Shown here in pieces: positions 17,333-25,854 of a stretch of 64,000 nt of DNA. The notes below the pieces were generated by a model, which was not told the DNA's origin, made no database searches, and worked only from the letters and a program-made list of their open reading frames with translations. Both the position numbers and the translations under genes were made by a program. The stretch lies in NCBI RefSeq assembly GCF_048266585.1, contig NZ_JBLWZF010000014.1. One strand, 5' to 3'. The DNA comes from Celeribacter sp. Lineage in GTDB: Bacteria > Pseudomonadota > Alphaproteobacteria > Rhodobacterales > Rhodobacteraceae. The stretch's first letter is position 1. Every line of letters starts with the position of its first letter.

Positions 17333-19693
17333 TTATCCTACGAGTGCTTGTTGTGGCTGGCGGATACGGGTCCGCCCCGAAGCCTGACCCACCAAATCGG
17401 TCGGATCGAGAATGAGAGCGATTTGTCCATCGCCCAGAATGGTGGCCGCTGCGATGCCGGGGACGCGACCGTAGCTGCCTTCAAGGCCTTTGATGACGAC
17501 CTGACGCTGATCTTCGATGGCATCGACGGCGAGAGCGGCGCGGTTGCCATCTTCCTGACCGATCAGGAGCACGATGCCACCGACATAGCTGTCTTGCGGT
17601 TGGCGATAGCCAAGCTCGGCGCCAAGATCGAGCAGTGGGACGAAACCGCCACGGATTTGAACGACATGTGTCTCTGGCCCGAGGGCTTTCAGATCATTAT
17701 CGGTCAATGTGAGGGTCTCGAGAATGGCATTGAGCGGCACAACGAGAGTTTCATCCGCGACACGAACCACCATCCCGTCCAGAACCGCGAGGGTCAGGGG
17801 CAGGGAGATCGAGAATGTGGTGCCTTTGCCTTCCTGAGACGTGATGCTGATCCGTCCGCCAAGAGCCTGGATCGAACTTTTGACAACATCCATGCCGACA
17901 CCGCGACCAGACAGATTGGAAATCTCGGCAGCCGTCGAAAAGCCGGGCAGGAACAGAAGGTTGTCGATGTCACTGTCGCTCATTTGCGCATCTGCGGGGA
18001 TCAATTCCTTTTCAATGGCCTTTTGCTTGACGCGCTCGCGGTTGATGCCTGCGCCATCGTCGCTCACTTCGATGACGATACGCCCGGAGCGATGCTGTGC
18101 TGTCAGGGTCACATGGCCCTCACGGCTCTTGCCGCTTTCAAGACGTTTTTCCGGGCTCTCCAGACCATGATCGACGGCGTTTCGGATCATGTGGGTGAGC
18201 GGATCGGCGAGCCGTTCAATCACGGTTTTGTCGACTTCGGTGTTTTCGCCATCCGTATAAAGGCGCACTTCCTTGCCGACGGAAGCCGAGGATTCCCGAA
18301 CAATCCGGCCCATGCGCTGGAACAGAGATTTGATCGGCTGAGCGCGGATCATCATCACGGATTCCTGAATGTCGCGGGTCAATTGCAGGAATTCTTCGAG
18401 CCCCGTGGACACGGGCGAGTTGGGCGGCAGGCCCGCCTCCGTGACGGATTGGCTTAGCATGGCCTGATTGATGACCAACTCACCAACAAGGTTCACGAGA
18501 CGGTCGATGCGTTCCAGATCGACACGGACGGTGGCCCGAGGTTGTGTCGGTGTGCCTGTGGCTTTGACCGGAGCGGAAGACCCGCTCTTTTCGTCCTTGG
18601 GAGCTTCGTTCAGCGTGTCGTCATCAGAGTTCACTGGAGAGGCTACTGGGAGCTTTGCAACGGGTGCTGCAGGAGTGGGCGCGGGTGCGGTGACCACTTC
18701 GATCGACGCTGCGGGCTTTTGAGGGGGGGCAATCGGCGCAGCTTCTGGGGTTGTGGATTCGAGAGCTTTCTCGACGACGGGAGCCGGTGCGGGAGCAGGG
18801 GCGATCATGGCGGCGGCGCCGGTGAGAGGTTTGATTTTCAGCACACAGAGGCCATCGACGAATTCGAAGACTTCGCGCACGGATTGTTCCGACTCTTCGG
18901 TGTGAACCGTCACGTCCCAAGACAAATGGCCGGTGTCCGGATCGAGCTGATCGAGGTCGGGCAGGTCACCACAATGACAGGTGACGGAAATGTCGCCAAG
19001 GTCGCGTAGGGCGCGGAACAGATAGAGCGGTTCATTGCCCGACGCATAAAGCGCATTTTCTGGCTTGAAATGGACCGTGAAGCCTTTGGCGGTGGTTTCC
19101 GCCAAGGGCTCTGCCGTAAGAGCAGGCATGTCGGCAGGCATGTCGGTGGGCAGGTCCAGAGACGGCAAACCCTCCACGGAAGGGGCCGCGGCAGGCAGGG
19201 CACTCAGGTCGGGGAGATCGGGCAGGTCTGGTAAGCCGCCACCATCGCCAAAATCCAGCGACAGAGTTGCAGGAGTGAAGTCGAGGTCTTCCTCCTCTTC
19301 CTCTTCGATGCCCACAAGTTTGTCGAGTTTTTCGAGGACGGGTTCGGTGATGCCATCGTCGACCTGATCGTCATCACGTGCGGCACGGACGAGATCGCCC
19401 AGAATGTCGGCACAGGCGAAGAACAGGCGGATGGCCTCGCCATCGGGATGGAAACGACCGGCGCGAACCTCGTCCATGGCGGTTTCGAACCGATGCGCAA
19501 AACGGACCAGATCATCCAGCCCAAAGGCGCCGGCGCCACCTTTGATCGAGTGCACGGCACGGAACACGATATTGATCGTTTCCGGGTCAGTGTCGCCATC
19601 ATCCATGAGTTGGAGGCCATCCTGGAGGCTTTCCAGGAGTTCCTCGCATTCAATGAAGAAGGAGGCGCGGATTTCTGCCATCGGGTCGGACAT
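17333..19693 (-). CDS. cheA: chemotaxis histidine kinase CheA
   Basis: 786 aa. It has an Hpt P1 domain (RAVHSIKGGAGAFG), a long Pro/Ala-rich linker, dimerisation and HATPase domains (DDGAGI, GRGVGMDVV), and a C-terminal CheW-like domain. Confidence 0.9.
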   Translation of the reverse strand: MSDPMAEIRASFFIECEELLESLQDGLQLMDDGDTDPETINIVFRAVHSIKGGAGAFGLDDLVRFAHRFETAMDEVRAGRFHPDGEAIRLFFACADILGDLVRAARDDDQVDDGITEPVLEKLDKLVGIEEEEEEDLDFTPATLSLDFGDGGGLPDLPDLPDLSALPAAAPSVEGLPSLDLPTDMPADMPALTAEPLAETTAKGFTVHFKPENALYASGNEPLYLFRALRDLGDISVTCHCGDLPDLDQLDPDTGHLSWDVTVHTEESEQSVREVFEFVDGLCVLKIKPLTGAAAMIAPAPAPAPVVEKALESTTPEAAPIAPPQKPAASIEVVTAPAPTPAAPVAKLPVASPVNSDDDTLNEAPKDEKSGSSAPVKATGTPTQPRATVRVDLERIDRLVNLVGELVINQAMLSQSVTEAGLPPNSPVSTGLEEFLQLTRDIQESVMMIRAQPIKSLFQRMGRIVRESSASVGKEVRLYTDGENTEVDKTVIERLADPLTHMIRNAVDHGLESPEKRLESGKSREGHVTLTAQHRSGRIVIEVSDDGAGINRERVKQKAIEKELIPADAQMSDSDIDNLLFLPGFSTAAEISNLSGRGVGMDVVKSSIQALGGRISITSQEGKGTTFSISLPLTLAVLDGMVVRVADETLVVPLNAILETLTLTDNDLKALGPETHVVQIRGGFVPLLDLGAELGYRQPQDSYVGGIVLLIGQEDGNRAALAVDAIEDQRQVVIKGLEGSYGRVPGIAAATILGDGQIALILDPTDLVGQASGRTRIRQPQQALVG

Positions 19694-19703
19694 AGTAAAC
19701 CTC

Positions 19704-20075
19704 TTAACCAGCCACCATTTGCAGGGCTTTTACGAGTTTTGCCGGGTCGAACGGCTTGACGATCCAGCCGGTGGCACCGGCGGCGCGGGCTTTGGCCTTG
19801 AGTTCATCGGCGCTTTCGGTGGTCAGCACGAGAATGGGGATACGGCTCCATTTCGATTCAGAACGCACCGCGTCGATGAAGCCGAACCCATCCATGCGGG
19901 GCATGTTGATGTCGGTGATGATGACGTCGGGTTCGATGTCTTCGAGGACTTCAAGGCCATGTACGCCGTCTTCGGCGAGATGGGCGGTGAAGCCGGCAGA
20001 AGAAAGAGCGAGATTGAGCATATCGCGCATGGTGCGGCTGTCGTCGACAGCGAGAACTTCCAGGCTCATGTCCAA
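19704..20075 (-). CDS. cheY: chemotaxis response regulator CheY (first copy)
   Basis: 123 aa REC domain (VLAVDDSRTMR, ITDINMPRMDG, VKPF). Confidence 0.85.
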   Translation of the reverse strand: MDMSLEVLAVDDSRTMRDMLNLALSSAGFTAHLAEDGVHGLEVLEDIEPDVIITDINMPRMDGFGFIDAVRSESKWSRIPILVLTTESADELKAKARAAGATGWIVKPFDPAKLVKALQMVAG

Positions 20076-20347
20076 GCCTCCGTTTCGGTCAGGGTTTCGG
20101 GAGAAAAGCCAAAGAGGCTCAGAATATCGACGCAGCCATCGGAGGCATTCGTCAGGCGGGTTTGTTTGCCCTGCGCGGTCCGTTGTTTGACGGTCGCAAG
20201 GATCACTTGGAGCGGCAGTGTGCCGAAGTGGCGCACGTTGCCCGCATCAATCACCAGCTCGTCATCGGTGATGGTCTTCAGTTCTTCCATGAGGGGCATC
20301 ACGGACTGATAATCGAGCCGGTCGTGGAGCTGCACATGCGTTGTCAT
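20066..20347 (-). CDS. small STAS-like protein at the head of the che operon (CheS/orf1-like)
   Basis: 93 aa. Its position upstream of cheY-cheA matches rhizobial and Rhodobacter che operons. It overlaps the cheY start by 10 nt. The family assignment rests on context and size only. Confidence 0.5.
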   Translation of the reverse strand: MTTHVQLHDRLDYQSVMPLMEELKTITDDELVIDAGNVRHFGTLPLQVILATVKQRTAQGKQTRLTNASDGCVDILSLFGFSPETLTETEAWT

Positions 20348-20436
20348 GTCCGTGCTCCGAAATTTCGGCAGTGGTGAGGCATCTCAATTTTTCCTTACAT
20401 CTGCGGTCTCTCGAACCTTTAGTAAGGGGCAGGGAG

Positions 20437-20451
20437 TTAAAACGAGGTTAC
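20437..20451. promoter_or_regulatory. CtrA-like box TTAA-N7-TTAC upstream of the che operon
   Basis: TTAAAACGAGGTTAC was read directly, about 90 bp upstream of the STAS start at 20347. It has one mismatch to the TTAA-N7-TTAAC consensus. Confidence 0.35.
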
Positions 20452-20477
20452 GTCGATCAAATTTTATTCGAGACATA

Positions 20478-20508
20478 AGAAAACGCCCCCGCCGGGGTGG
20501 CGGAGGCG
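20478..20508 (-). terminator. rho-independent terminator downstream of glk
   Basis: GC-rich hairpin CGCCCCCGCC-GGGGT-GGCGGAGGCG with one mismatch. On the minus strand it is followed by TTTTCTT. Confidence 0.6.
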
Positions 20509-20532
20509 CTTTTATGTCAGATTTAGAATGTC

Positions 20533-21507
20533 TTACGGGTAGATGTGATGCATGTGAGAGGCACAACCTGTGAGGGCGGCATAGTCGTCTTCGATCACGG
20601 AAACCGAAAAATTCTTCATGAAACCCGCGAAACGCCCCTTGTCGCGGAAGGCCTCGTCAAAGCCGAAACGGTCGAGATAGGGCGCAATATGACGCGCCAC
20701 GCCGCCCACCAGATAAACGCCGCCGAAGGGCAGTTGTACCAGCGAGAGGTTGCCGACGACGGTGCCGAGGATCTTGACGAAGAGCTGAGCCGCCGCCGTG
20801 GCGCGGGGATCGTCATCCGCCTCGACGGAGGCCATGATCTCGGCCGCGGATTTTTCATGCGCGTCGCCCTCTTCGGTGCCCAGAAACAGGTAAACACGTT
20901 CAAGACCCCGGCCCGAGAGCACATCTTCGACCGCCGGAAAGCCATGCGCGGTCTCGACGAATTGACAGAGCGCCAGCTCGTGCTCATTGCGGATCGGCAG
21001 GTTGGCGTGGCCGCATTCAGAGGGGGCCACAAGGCGGCCCGCGCCGGTCTCGAACACAGGTGCTGCGTTGAACCCGGTGCCGATGCCGACCACCAGACGC
21101 ACGGCCTGAGGAGAGGCCTCAGGCGCGGTGATGATCGGGCGGATGTTGTCGGAACTCACAAGGCCAAGCGCGTGCCCCTGGGCCTGAAGATCGTTGAGGA
21201 TCGCCACATGTTCGGCCTGACTGGCGCGGCGCAGCGTGTCCTTGTCGATGGTCCAGTCGAGATTGGTCATCGTGCCGACGCCGTCGCGCACCGGCCCCGC
21301 CACGGCAACACAGGCGCCTTTGCAATCCACATCGCCTTCTTCCGCGATATATTGCCGGAGCACGGTTTCCAGCCCCGGGAATTTGCGGTTGGAATAGCGC
21401 CGGATCGTCTCGGGCAAAAGCGTCACCCCATCGGCCAGAGCCACGCGCGTGTTGGTCCCGCCGATGTCGGCCAGAAGGGTGAGGGTGTCGGCGGGATGTT
21501 TGGGCAT
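20533..21507 (-). CDS. glk: glucokinase
   Basis: 324 aa with the N-terminal ATP motif LLADIGGTNTRVAL. The Glk-family length fits. Confidence 0.85.
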   Translation of the reverse strand: MPKHPADTLTLLADIGGTNTRVALADGVTLLPETIRRYSNRKFPGLETVLRQYIAEEGDVDCKGACVAVAGPVRDGVGTMTNLDWTIDKDTLRRASQAEHVAILNDLQAQGHALGLVSSDNIRPIITAPEASPQAVRLVVGIGTGFNAAPVFETGAGRLVAPSECGHANLPIRNEHELALCQFVETAHGFPAVEDVLSGRGLERVYLFLGTEEGDAHEKSAAEIMASVEADDDPRATAAAQLFVKILGTVVGNLSLVQLPFGGVYLVGGVARHIAPYLDRFGFDEAFRDKGRFAGFMKNFSVSVIEDDYAALTGCASHMHHIYP

Positions 21508-21509
21508 TT

Positions 21510-22850
21510 TCAGCTCCGTGCGATCATGTCTTTCAACATGTGATACGAGGCTTTGGGGGTGCGCTGCAACGTTTCAAAATCCACATGCACCATGCCGAAG
21601 CGGCGCTCATAGCCGAAAGCCCACTCATAGTTGTCCAAAAGCGACCAGTAGAAAAAGCCTTTCAGGTTCACGCCCTCGGCAATCGCCCGATGCATCGCGG
21701 CCAGATGGTCCTTGATATAGGCACAGCGCTCGGGGTCGTGCACCACGCCGTTTTTCACGTGATCGTCCCAAGCCATGCCGTTTTCCGTCACCATGATCGG
21801 CAGATCGCCGACATAGCGGTCCTTGAGGTTGACCAAAAGCGCGCGCAGACCTTCGGGGCAGATCTCCCAGCCCATTTGCGTGGTGGCCAGATGACCCTGT
21901 GCTGGTTTTGTGTGGGGCCAGGGCGAGGTGGCGTCATGGGCGACGAGTTGGCGGAAATAGTAGTTCACGCCGAGCCAGTCGACGGGCTGAGAAATCGCGG
22001 CCATATCGTCTTGCCAGCCGTTCGGCAGATGTGGTTCAAGGCCCGCGAGCGCCTCCTCAGGATAGTGCCCTTTCGCGATGGCCTCAATGAACCAACGGTT
22101 GTTGGTGGCGTCCTGCGTGGCGGTGGCTTGGATGTCTTTTGGATCGTCGCTGGCGGGCTGGGTGTGTTCGAAATTGATCACGATGCCAAGGTTTTTGCGG
22201 CCCCGGTCGCGCAGGCGGGTCATGGCTTCGCCATGCGCTTTGAGCACATGATGCATGGACCGGGCGGCGGCGCGGATGTCGCGGCGGCCGGGGGCGTGAT
22301 GGCCCAGGAAATGCGAGAGGTAAGACACGCACCACGGTTCGTTGATGGTCGCCACAGAGGCCATGCGGTCGCCGATCTTATCATCAATCACCTCGACGAA
22401 ATCGCCGAACCAAAGGTGTACATCCGGGTTGGTCCAGCCGCCCAGATCGGCCAGAGCCGCGGGCATCTCCCAATGGTAGAGCGTCAGATGCGGCTCGAAG
22501 CCTCGCTCCAAAATGGCGTCGGTGAGCCGGTCGTAATAATCAAGGCCTTCGCGGTTCACGGCGCCGCGGCCCTCCGGGATGACCCGCGCCCAGCTGGTGG
22601 AAAAGCGATAGGCGTCGAAGCCGCCGTCCTTCAACAGGTCCATGTCTTCGCCATAGCGGTGGTATTGATCACAGGCCAAGGCGCCGTCCTCTGCGCGCAA
22701 CACATTGCCCGGCGTGGCGGCGAATGTGTCCCAATGCGTGCGCCCCGCGCCGCCGAATTTATGGCCCTCGACCTGATAGGCAGCGGTGGCGGCGCCGAAG
22801 AGAAAGCCGTTCGGGAAATCTTTGCGAGTGAGGGGAGAGCGGGATGTCAT
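21510..22850 (-). CDS. GH1 beta-glucosidase
   Basis: 446 aa with FLFGAATAAYQVEGH, the TINEPW acid/base region and the VTENG nucleophile motif. Confidence 0.9.
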   Translation of the reverse strand: MTSRSPLTRKDFPNGFLFGAATAAYQVEGHKFGGAGRTHWDTFAATPGNVLRAEDGALACDQYHRYGEDMDLLKDGGFDAYRFSTSWARVIPEGRGAVNREGLDYYDRLTDAILERGFEPHLTLYHWEMPAALADLGGWTNPDVHLWFGDFVEVIDDKIGDRMASVATINEPWCVSYLSHFLGHHAPGRRDIRAAARSMHHVLKAHGEAMTRLRDRGRKNLGIVINFEHTQPASDDPKDIQATATQDATNNRWFIEAIAKGHYPEEALAGLEPHLPNGWQDDMAAISQPVDWLGVNYYFRQLVAHDATSPWPHTKPAQGHLATTQMGWEICPEGLRALLVNLKDRYVGDLPIMVTENGMAWDDHVKNGVVHDPERCAYIKDHLAAMHRAIAEGVNLKGFFYWSLLDNYEWAFGYERRFGMVHVDFETLQRTPKASYHMLKDMIARS

Positions 22851-22892
22851 GGGACCTCCTTGGGCTTTAGGCGGTGGATTCTACTGGCGTAG

Positions 22893-22901
22893 ATAGCGCT
22901 A
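22893..22901. promoter_or_regulatory. ATAGCGCTA palindromic element upstream of the beta-glucosidase gene
   Basis: The same 9-mer recurs at 24371 upstream of aglE, at a similar distance from the start codon. Confidence 0.35.
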
Positions 22902-22978
22902 ACTTTTGCGCATGGAGCGCGCCGGGGAACGCGCGCGGTTGACTCTTACATAGTCTTGAAGTCTCGCTCGAAGCAACC

Positions 22979-22992
22979 CCAAAGCGCTTTGG
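22979..22992. promoter_or_regulatory. 14-bp perfect palindrome CCAAAGCGCTTTGG (candidate LacI-family operator)
   Basis: It is identical to the site at 24316..24329. The central CG and AANCGNTT-type symmetry are typical of LacI-family operators. Confidence 0.5.
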
Positions 22993-23048
22993 ATTTGTGG
23001 CGATATAAAAATTTCTGCGAAAATACCTAAGCGGTTGAGGGGCGGGAC

Positions 23049-24080
23049 TTAGTCCTGTGGCGCCGGTCCGGTGGTGTGGCCGATGATCAATTCTGCGTCC
23101 AAAAGCACATGGCGCAGCGGGCGTTTGGGGTCGGAAATCTGTTCCATCAGAATCTCGGCACAAATCCGTCCGGCCATCCGCACAGAGGAGCGTGTCGCGG
23201 TGTAGATCGGCTCGGCTGCACCGTTGCGCAGATAGGAGAGATCGTCGTCATGGACGATCAGCGACACATCCTTGCCGATCTTCAACCCCGAGGTGTCGAG
23301 CGCCCGGCGCACGCCAAAGCCCACGATGATCGACGAGGCCAGAATGGCGGTGGGCGGACGGCGTGAGGCCAGCATCTCCATGGTGGCGGAAAACCCGTAT
23401 TCTTCTGTCATTTCAGAAGAATAACAGAGTTCCTTGCGCTCTTTCAGACCGGCGGCGGCCAGCGCTGCGCGATAGCCTTCGCGGCGTTTCATGGCGAAAT
23501 CCATGCCCTCCAAGCCGTTCAAAAGCCCAATGCGGCGATGCCCGAGATCGATCAGGAACTGGGTGGCGCGCTCGAATGCGCGGGTGTTGTTCATATCGAC
23601 CCAGGAATATTCGCTTTCCTCGGCAATGCCCGACCGGCCATGCACCACAAAGGGCATGCCGATTTCGCGCAACAGCGCGATGCGGGGATCGTTGGCCTTG
23701 GGGCCATGCACGATGACGCCATCGACCGAGCCTTTCGCGGCGATCTTGCGATAGGCTTCGGCCTCGGTTTTATCGGGCACGATGGTGAGCATCATGTCGT
23801 AATTTTCGCGCGCATATATCTCGGAGGCGCCGGCAATGAAATCGGTGAAGACGGGGTTCACCACCTCATGTTCGGTCGAAAGCGGGATCACATGGCCCAC
23901 CGCATGATTGCGCCCCGTGGCCAGCCCGCGGGCGCGAATGTTGGGGGTGTAATTGTGCTGTTTGGCGGCCTTCATCACCTTGTCTCGGGTCACCTCGGAC
24001 ACTTCGGGATAGCCGTTCAGCGCCCGCGACACGGTGGTCTGGGACAGGCCGAGCAGGGTGGAAAGCTCTTTGAGGTTCAT
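23049..24080 (-). CDS. LacI-family transcriptional regulator (AglR-like)
   Basis: I chose the ATG at 24080 (MNLKELSTLLGLSQTTVSRALNGYPEVSEVTRDKV), which gives the standard N-terminal HTH. The 448-aa track ORF carries a 105-aa non-homologous extension. Confidence 0.85.
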   Translation of the reverse strand: MNLKELSTLLGLSQTTVSRALNGYPEVSEVTRDKVMKAAKQHNYTPNIRARGLATGRNHAVGHVIPLSTEHEVVNPVFTDFIAGASEIYARENYDMMLTIVPDKTEAEAYRKIAAKGSVDGVIVHGPKANDPRIALLREIGMPFVVHGRSGIAEESEYSWVDMNNTRAFERATQFLIDLGHRRIGLLNGLEGMDFAMKRREGYRAALAAAGLKERKELCYSSEMTEEYGFSATMEMLASRRPPTAILASSIIVGFGVRRALDTSGLKIGKDVSLIVHDDDLSYLRNGAAEPIYTATRSSVRMAGRICAEILMEQISDPKRPLRHVLLDAELIIGHTTGPAPQD

Positions 24081-24315
24081 CTTGGGCCTTTTCAGTCTGC
24101 ACAGCGTGCGCAATTTTCCCCATGCTAGCCGCGGCTTAGGGTCGCGGTAAAGCCCCTTCGCACGGTCCGTGCCGGGGGTCGTAGAGCGTGAGGGGGAAGG
24201 GAAGTGACCTTGGGTCGCTTCGCGTCGGTGGTCGAAATTTTCTACGTTGAGTGCGCGTGCCGCTTGATCACAGTCATTGACAGCGAGGGTGGCTTCGGCA
24301 AGGCTTGGAGAAATG

Positions 24316-24329
24316 CCAAAGCGCTTTGG
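24316..24329. promoter_or_regulatory. 14-bp perfect palindrome CCAAAGCGCTTTGG (candidate LacI-family operator)
   Basis: It is identical to the site at 22979..22992 and lies about 95 bp upstream of the aglE start. Confidence 0.5.
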
Positions 24330-24370
24330 GTCGGGGGTGAGTCCGGGAGAACCATTTGATTTCCCGTCTG

Positions 24371-24379
24371 ATAGCGCTA
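24371..24379. promoter_or_regulatory. ATAGCGCTA palindromic element upstream of aglE
   Basis: Second copy of the 9-mer seen at 22893. Confidence 0.35.
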
Positions 24380-24423
24380 GGGTCGAGATGCCCATGTCCG
24401 GGTATGAAAACTGGGAGGTTTAC

Positions 24424-25692
24424 ATGAAAAAGACACTTTACTCCGGTGCCGCCACGCTCGCTTTGGTTGCGGGTGCCGCGCAGGCGCAGGATTTGACAAT
24501 CGCCGGTCCGTGGATCGGCGCCGACCAAGAGATGGTCGAACAGGTTTTGGCTGTTTTCGAAGAGCAGAGCGGCCTTGATGTCGCCTATGTCGGCTCCGAC
24601 AGCTTTGAACAGCAGATCGTGATCGATGCCGAAGCGGGCTCCGCGCCCAACATCGCCGTTTTCCCGCAGCCGGGGCTTGCCGCCGATATGGCGCGCCGTG
24701 GGTTCCTGACGCCGCTGAGCGAGGGCACGGATGAATGGTTGAAAGAGAATTACGCGGCGGGCGAAAGCTGGACCGCTTTGGGAACCTACACCGGCAATGA
24801 CGGCGCTGATCACCTCTATGCGTTTCCCTATAAGATCGACGTGAAATCGCTGGTTTGGTATGTGCCGGAGAACTTCGAGGATGCGGGTTATGAAATTCCC
24901 GAAACCATGGAAGAGCTCAAGGCGCTGACCGATCAGATCGTCGCCGATGGTGAGACGCCGTGGTGTATCGGTTTGGGATCGGGGGCGGCGACCGGCTGGC
25001 CGGCGACCGACTGGGTCGAAGATCTGATGCTGCGCGTTCAGCCGCCTGAGGTCTATGACGGCTGGGTCACCAATGAGGTGAAATTCGACGATCCGCGCGT
25101 GATCGAAGCCATCGAGGAATTCGGCTGGTTCGCCCGCAATGACGACTTCGTCTCCGGCGGCTCCGGCGCGGTGGCCTCCACCGATTTCCGCGACAGCCCG
25201 AAAGGCCTCTTTGCCTCCCCGCCGCAATGCTACATGCATCACATGGCCTCCTTCATCCCGGCCTTCTTCCCCGAGGACACGATGTTGGGCGAGGATGCGG
25301 ATTTCTTCTACTTCCCGGCCTATGAGAGCAAAGACCTCGGTCAGCCGGTGCTGGGCGCCGGCACGCTTTGGGCGATCACCAATGACAGCCCCGAAGCGCA
25401 TCAGTTCATGGAGTTCCTGAAAACCACCGATGCGCATGAGGCGTGGATGAAACAGAAAGGCTTCCTGACGCCCTATAAGGCCGTGGACACCTCTGTCTTC
25501 TCCGACCCGACGCTGAAGAAAATGAACGATATTCTTCTGGGCGCGACCACCTTCCGGTTTGACGCCTCCGACCTGATGCCGGGCGGTGTGGGCGCTGGCT
25601 CCTTCTGGACGGGCATGGTCGATTACGCGGGCGGCGAACCTGCTGCGGACGTGGCCAAGTCGATCCAGGACTCCTGGGACGCTCTCAAGTAA
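24424..25692 (+). CDS. aglE: alpha-glucoside ABC transporter substrate-binding protein
   Basis: The start at 24424 gives a signal peptide (MKKTLYSGAATLALVAGAAQAQD). It is a family-1 sugar SBP. Gene order matches Sinorhizobium aglEFGAK. Confidence 0.8.
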   Translation: MKKTLYSGAATLALVAGAAQAQDLTIAGPWIGADQEMVEQVLAVFEEQSGLDVAYVGSDSFEQQIVIDAEAGSAPNIAVFPQPGLAADMARRGFLTPLSEGTDEWLKENYAAGESWTALGTYTGNDGADHLYAFPYKIDVKSLVWYVPENFEDAGYEIPETMEELKALTDQIVADGETPWCIGLGSGAATGWPATDWVEDLMLRVQPPEVYDGWVTNEVKFDDPRVIEAIEEFGWFARNDDFVSGGSGAVASTDFRDSPKGLFASPPQCYMHHMASFIPAFFPEDTMLGEDADFFYFPAYESKDLGQPVLGAGTLWAITNDSPEAHQFMEFLKTTDAHEAWMKQKGFLTPYKAVDTSVFSDPTLKKMNDILLGATTFRFDASDLMPGGVGAGSFWTGMVDYAGGEPAADVAKSIQDSWDALK

Positions 25693-25711
25693 GCGTTTGA
25701 TTTGAAAAACA

Positions 25712-25746
25712 CTCCGGGCCCCTCTGAAAATATGAGAGGCCCGGAG
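25712..25746 (+). other. strong intercistronic hairpin after the SBP gene
   Basis: CTCCGGGCCCCTC-loop-GAGAGGCCCGGAG, a 13-bp stem with one mismatch. There is no clear T-tract. Confidence 0.6.
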
Positions 25747-25854
25747 ATGTCGTAGTCTCAGCGTGAGGCGCTCAGGCCTCGAAAAGGGGCAGACCGGCGC
25801 GCAAACGGACCCGTGACATGCCTGTGGCGCGGTCCTGTGAGAAGGGGAGAAGAC

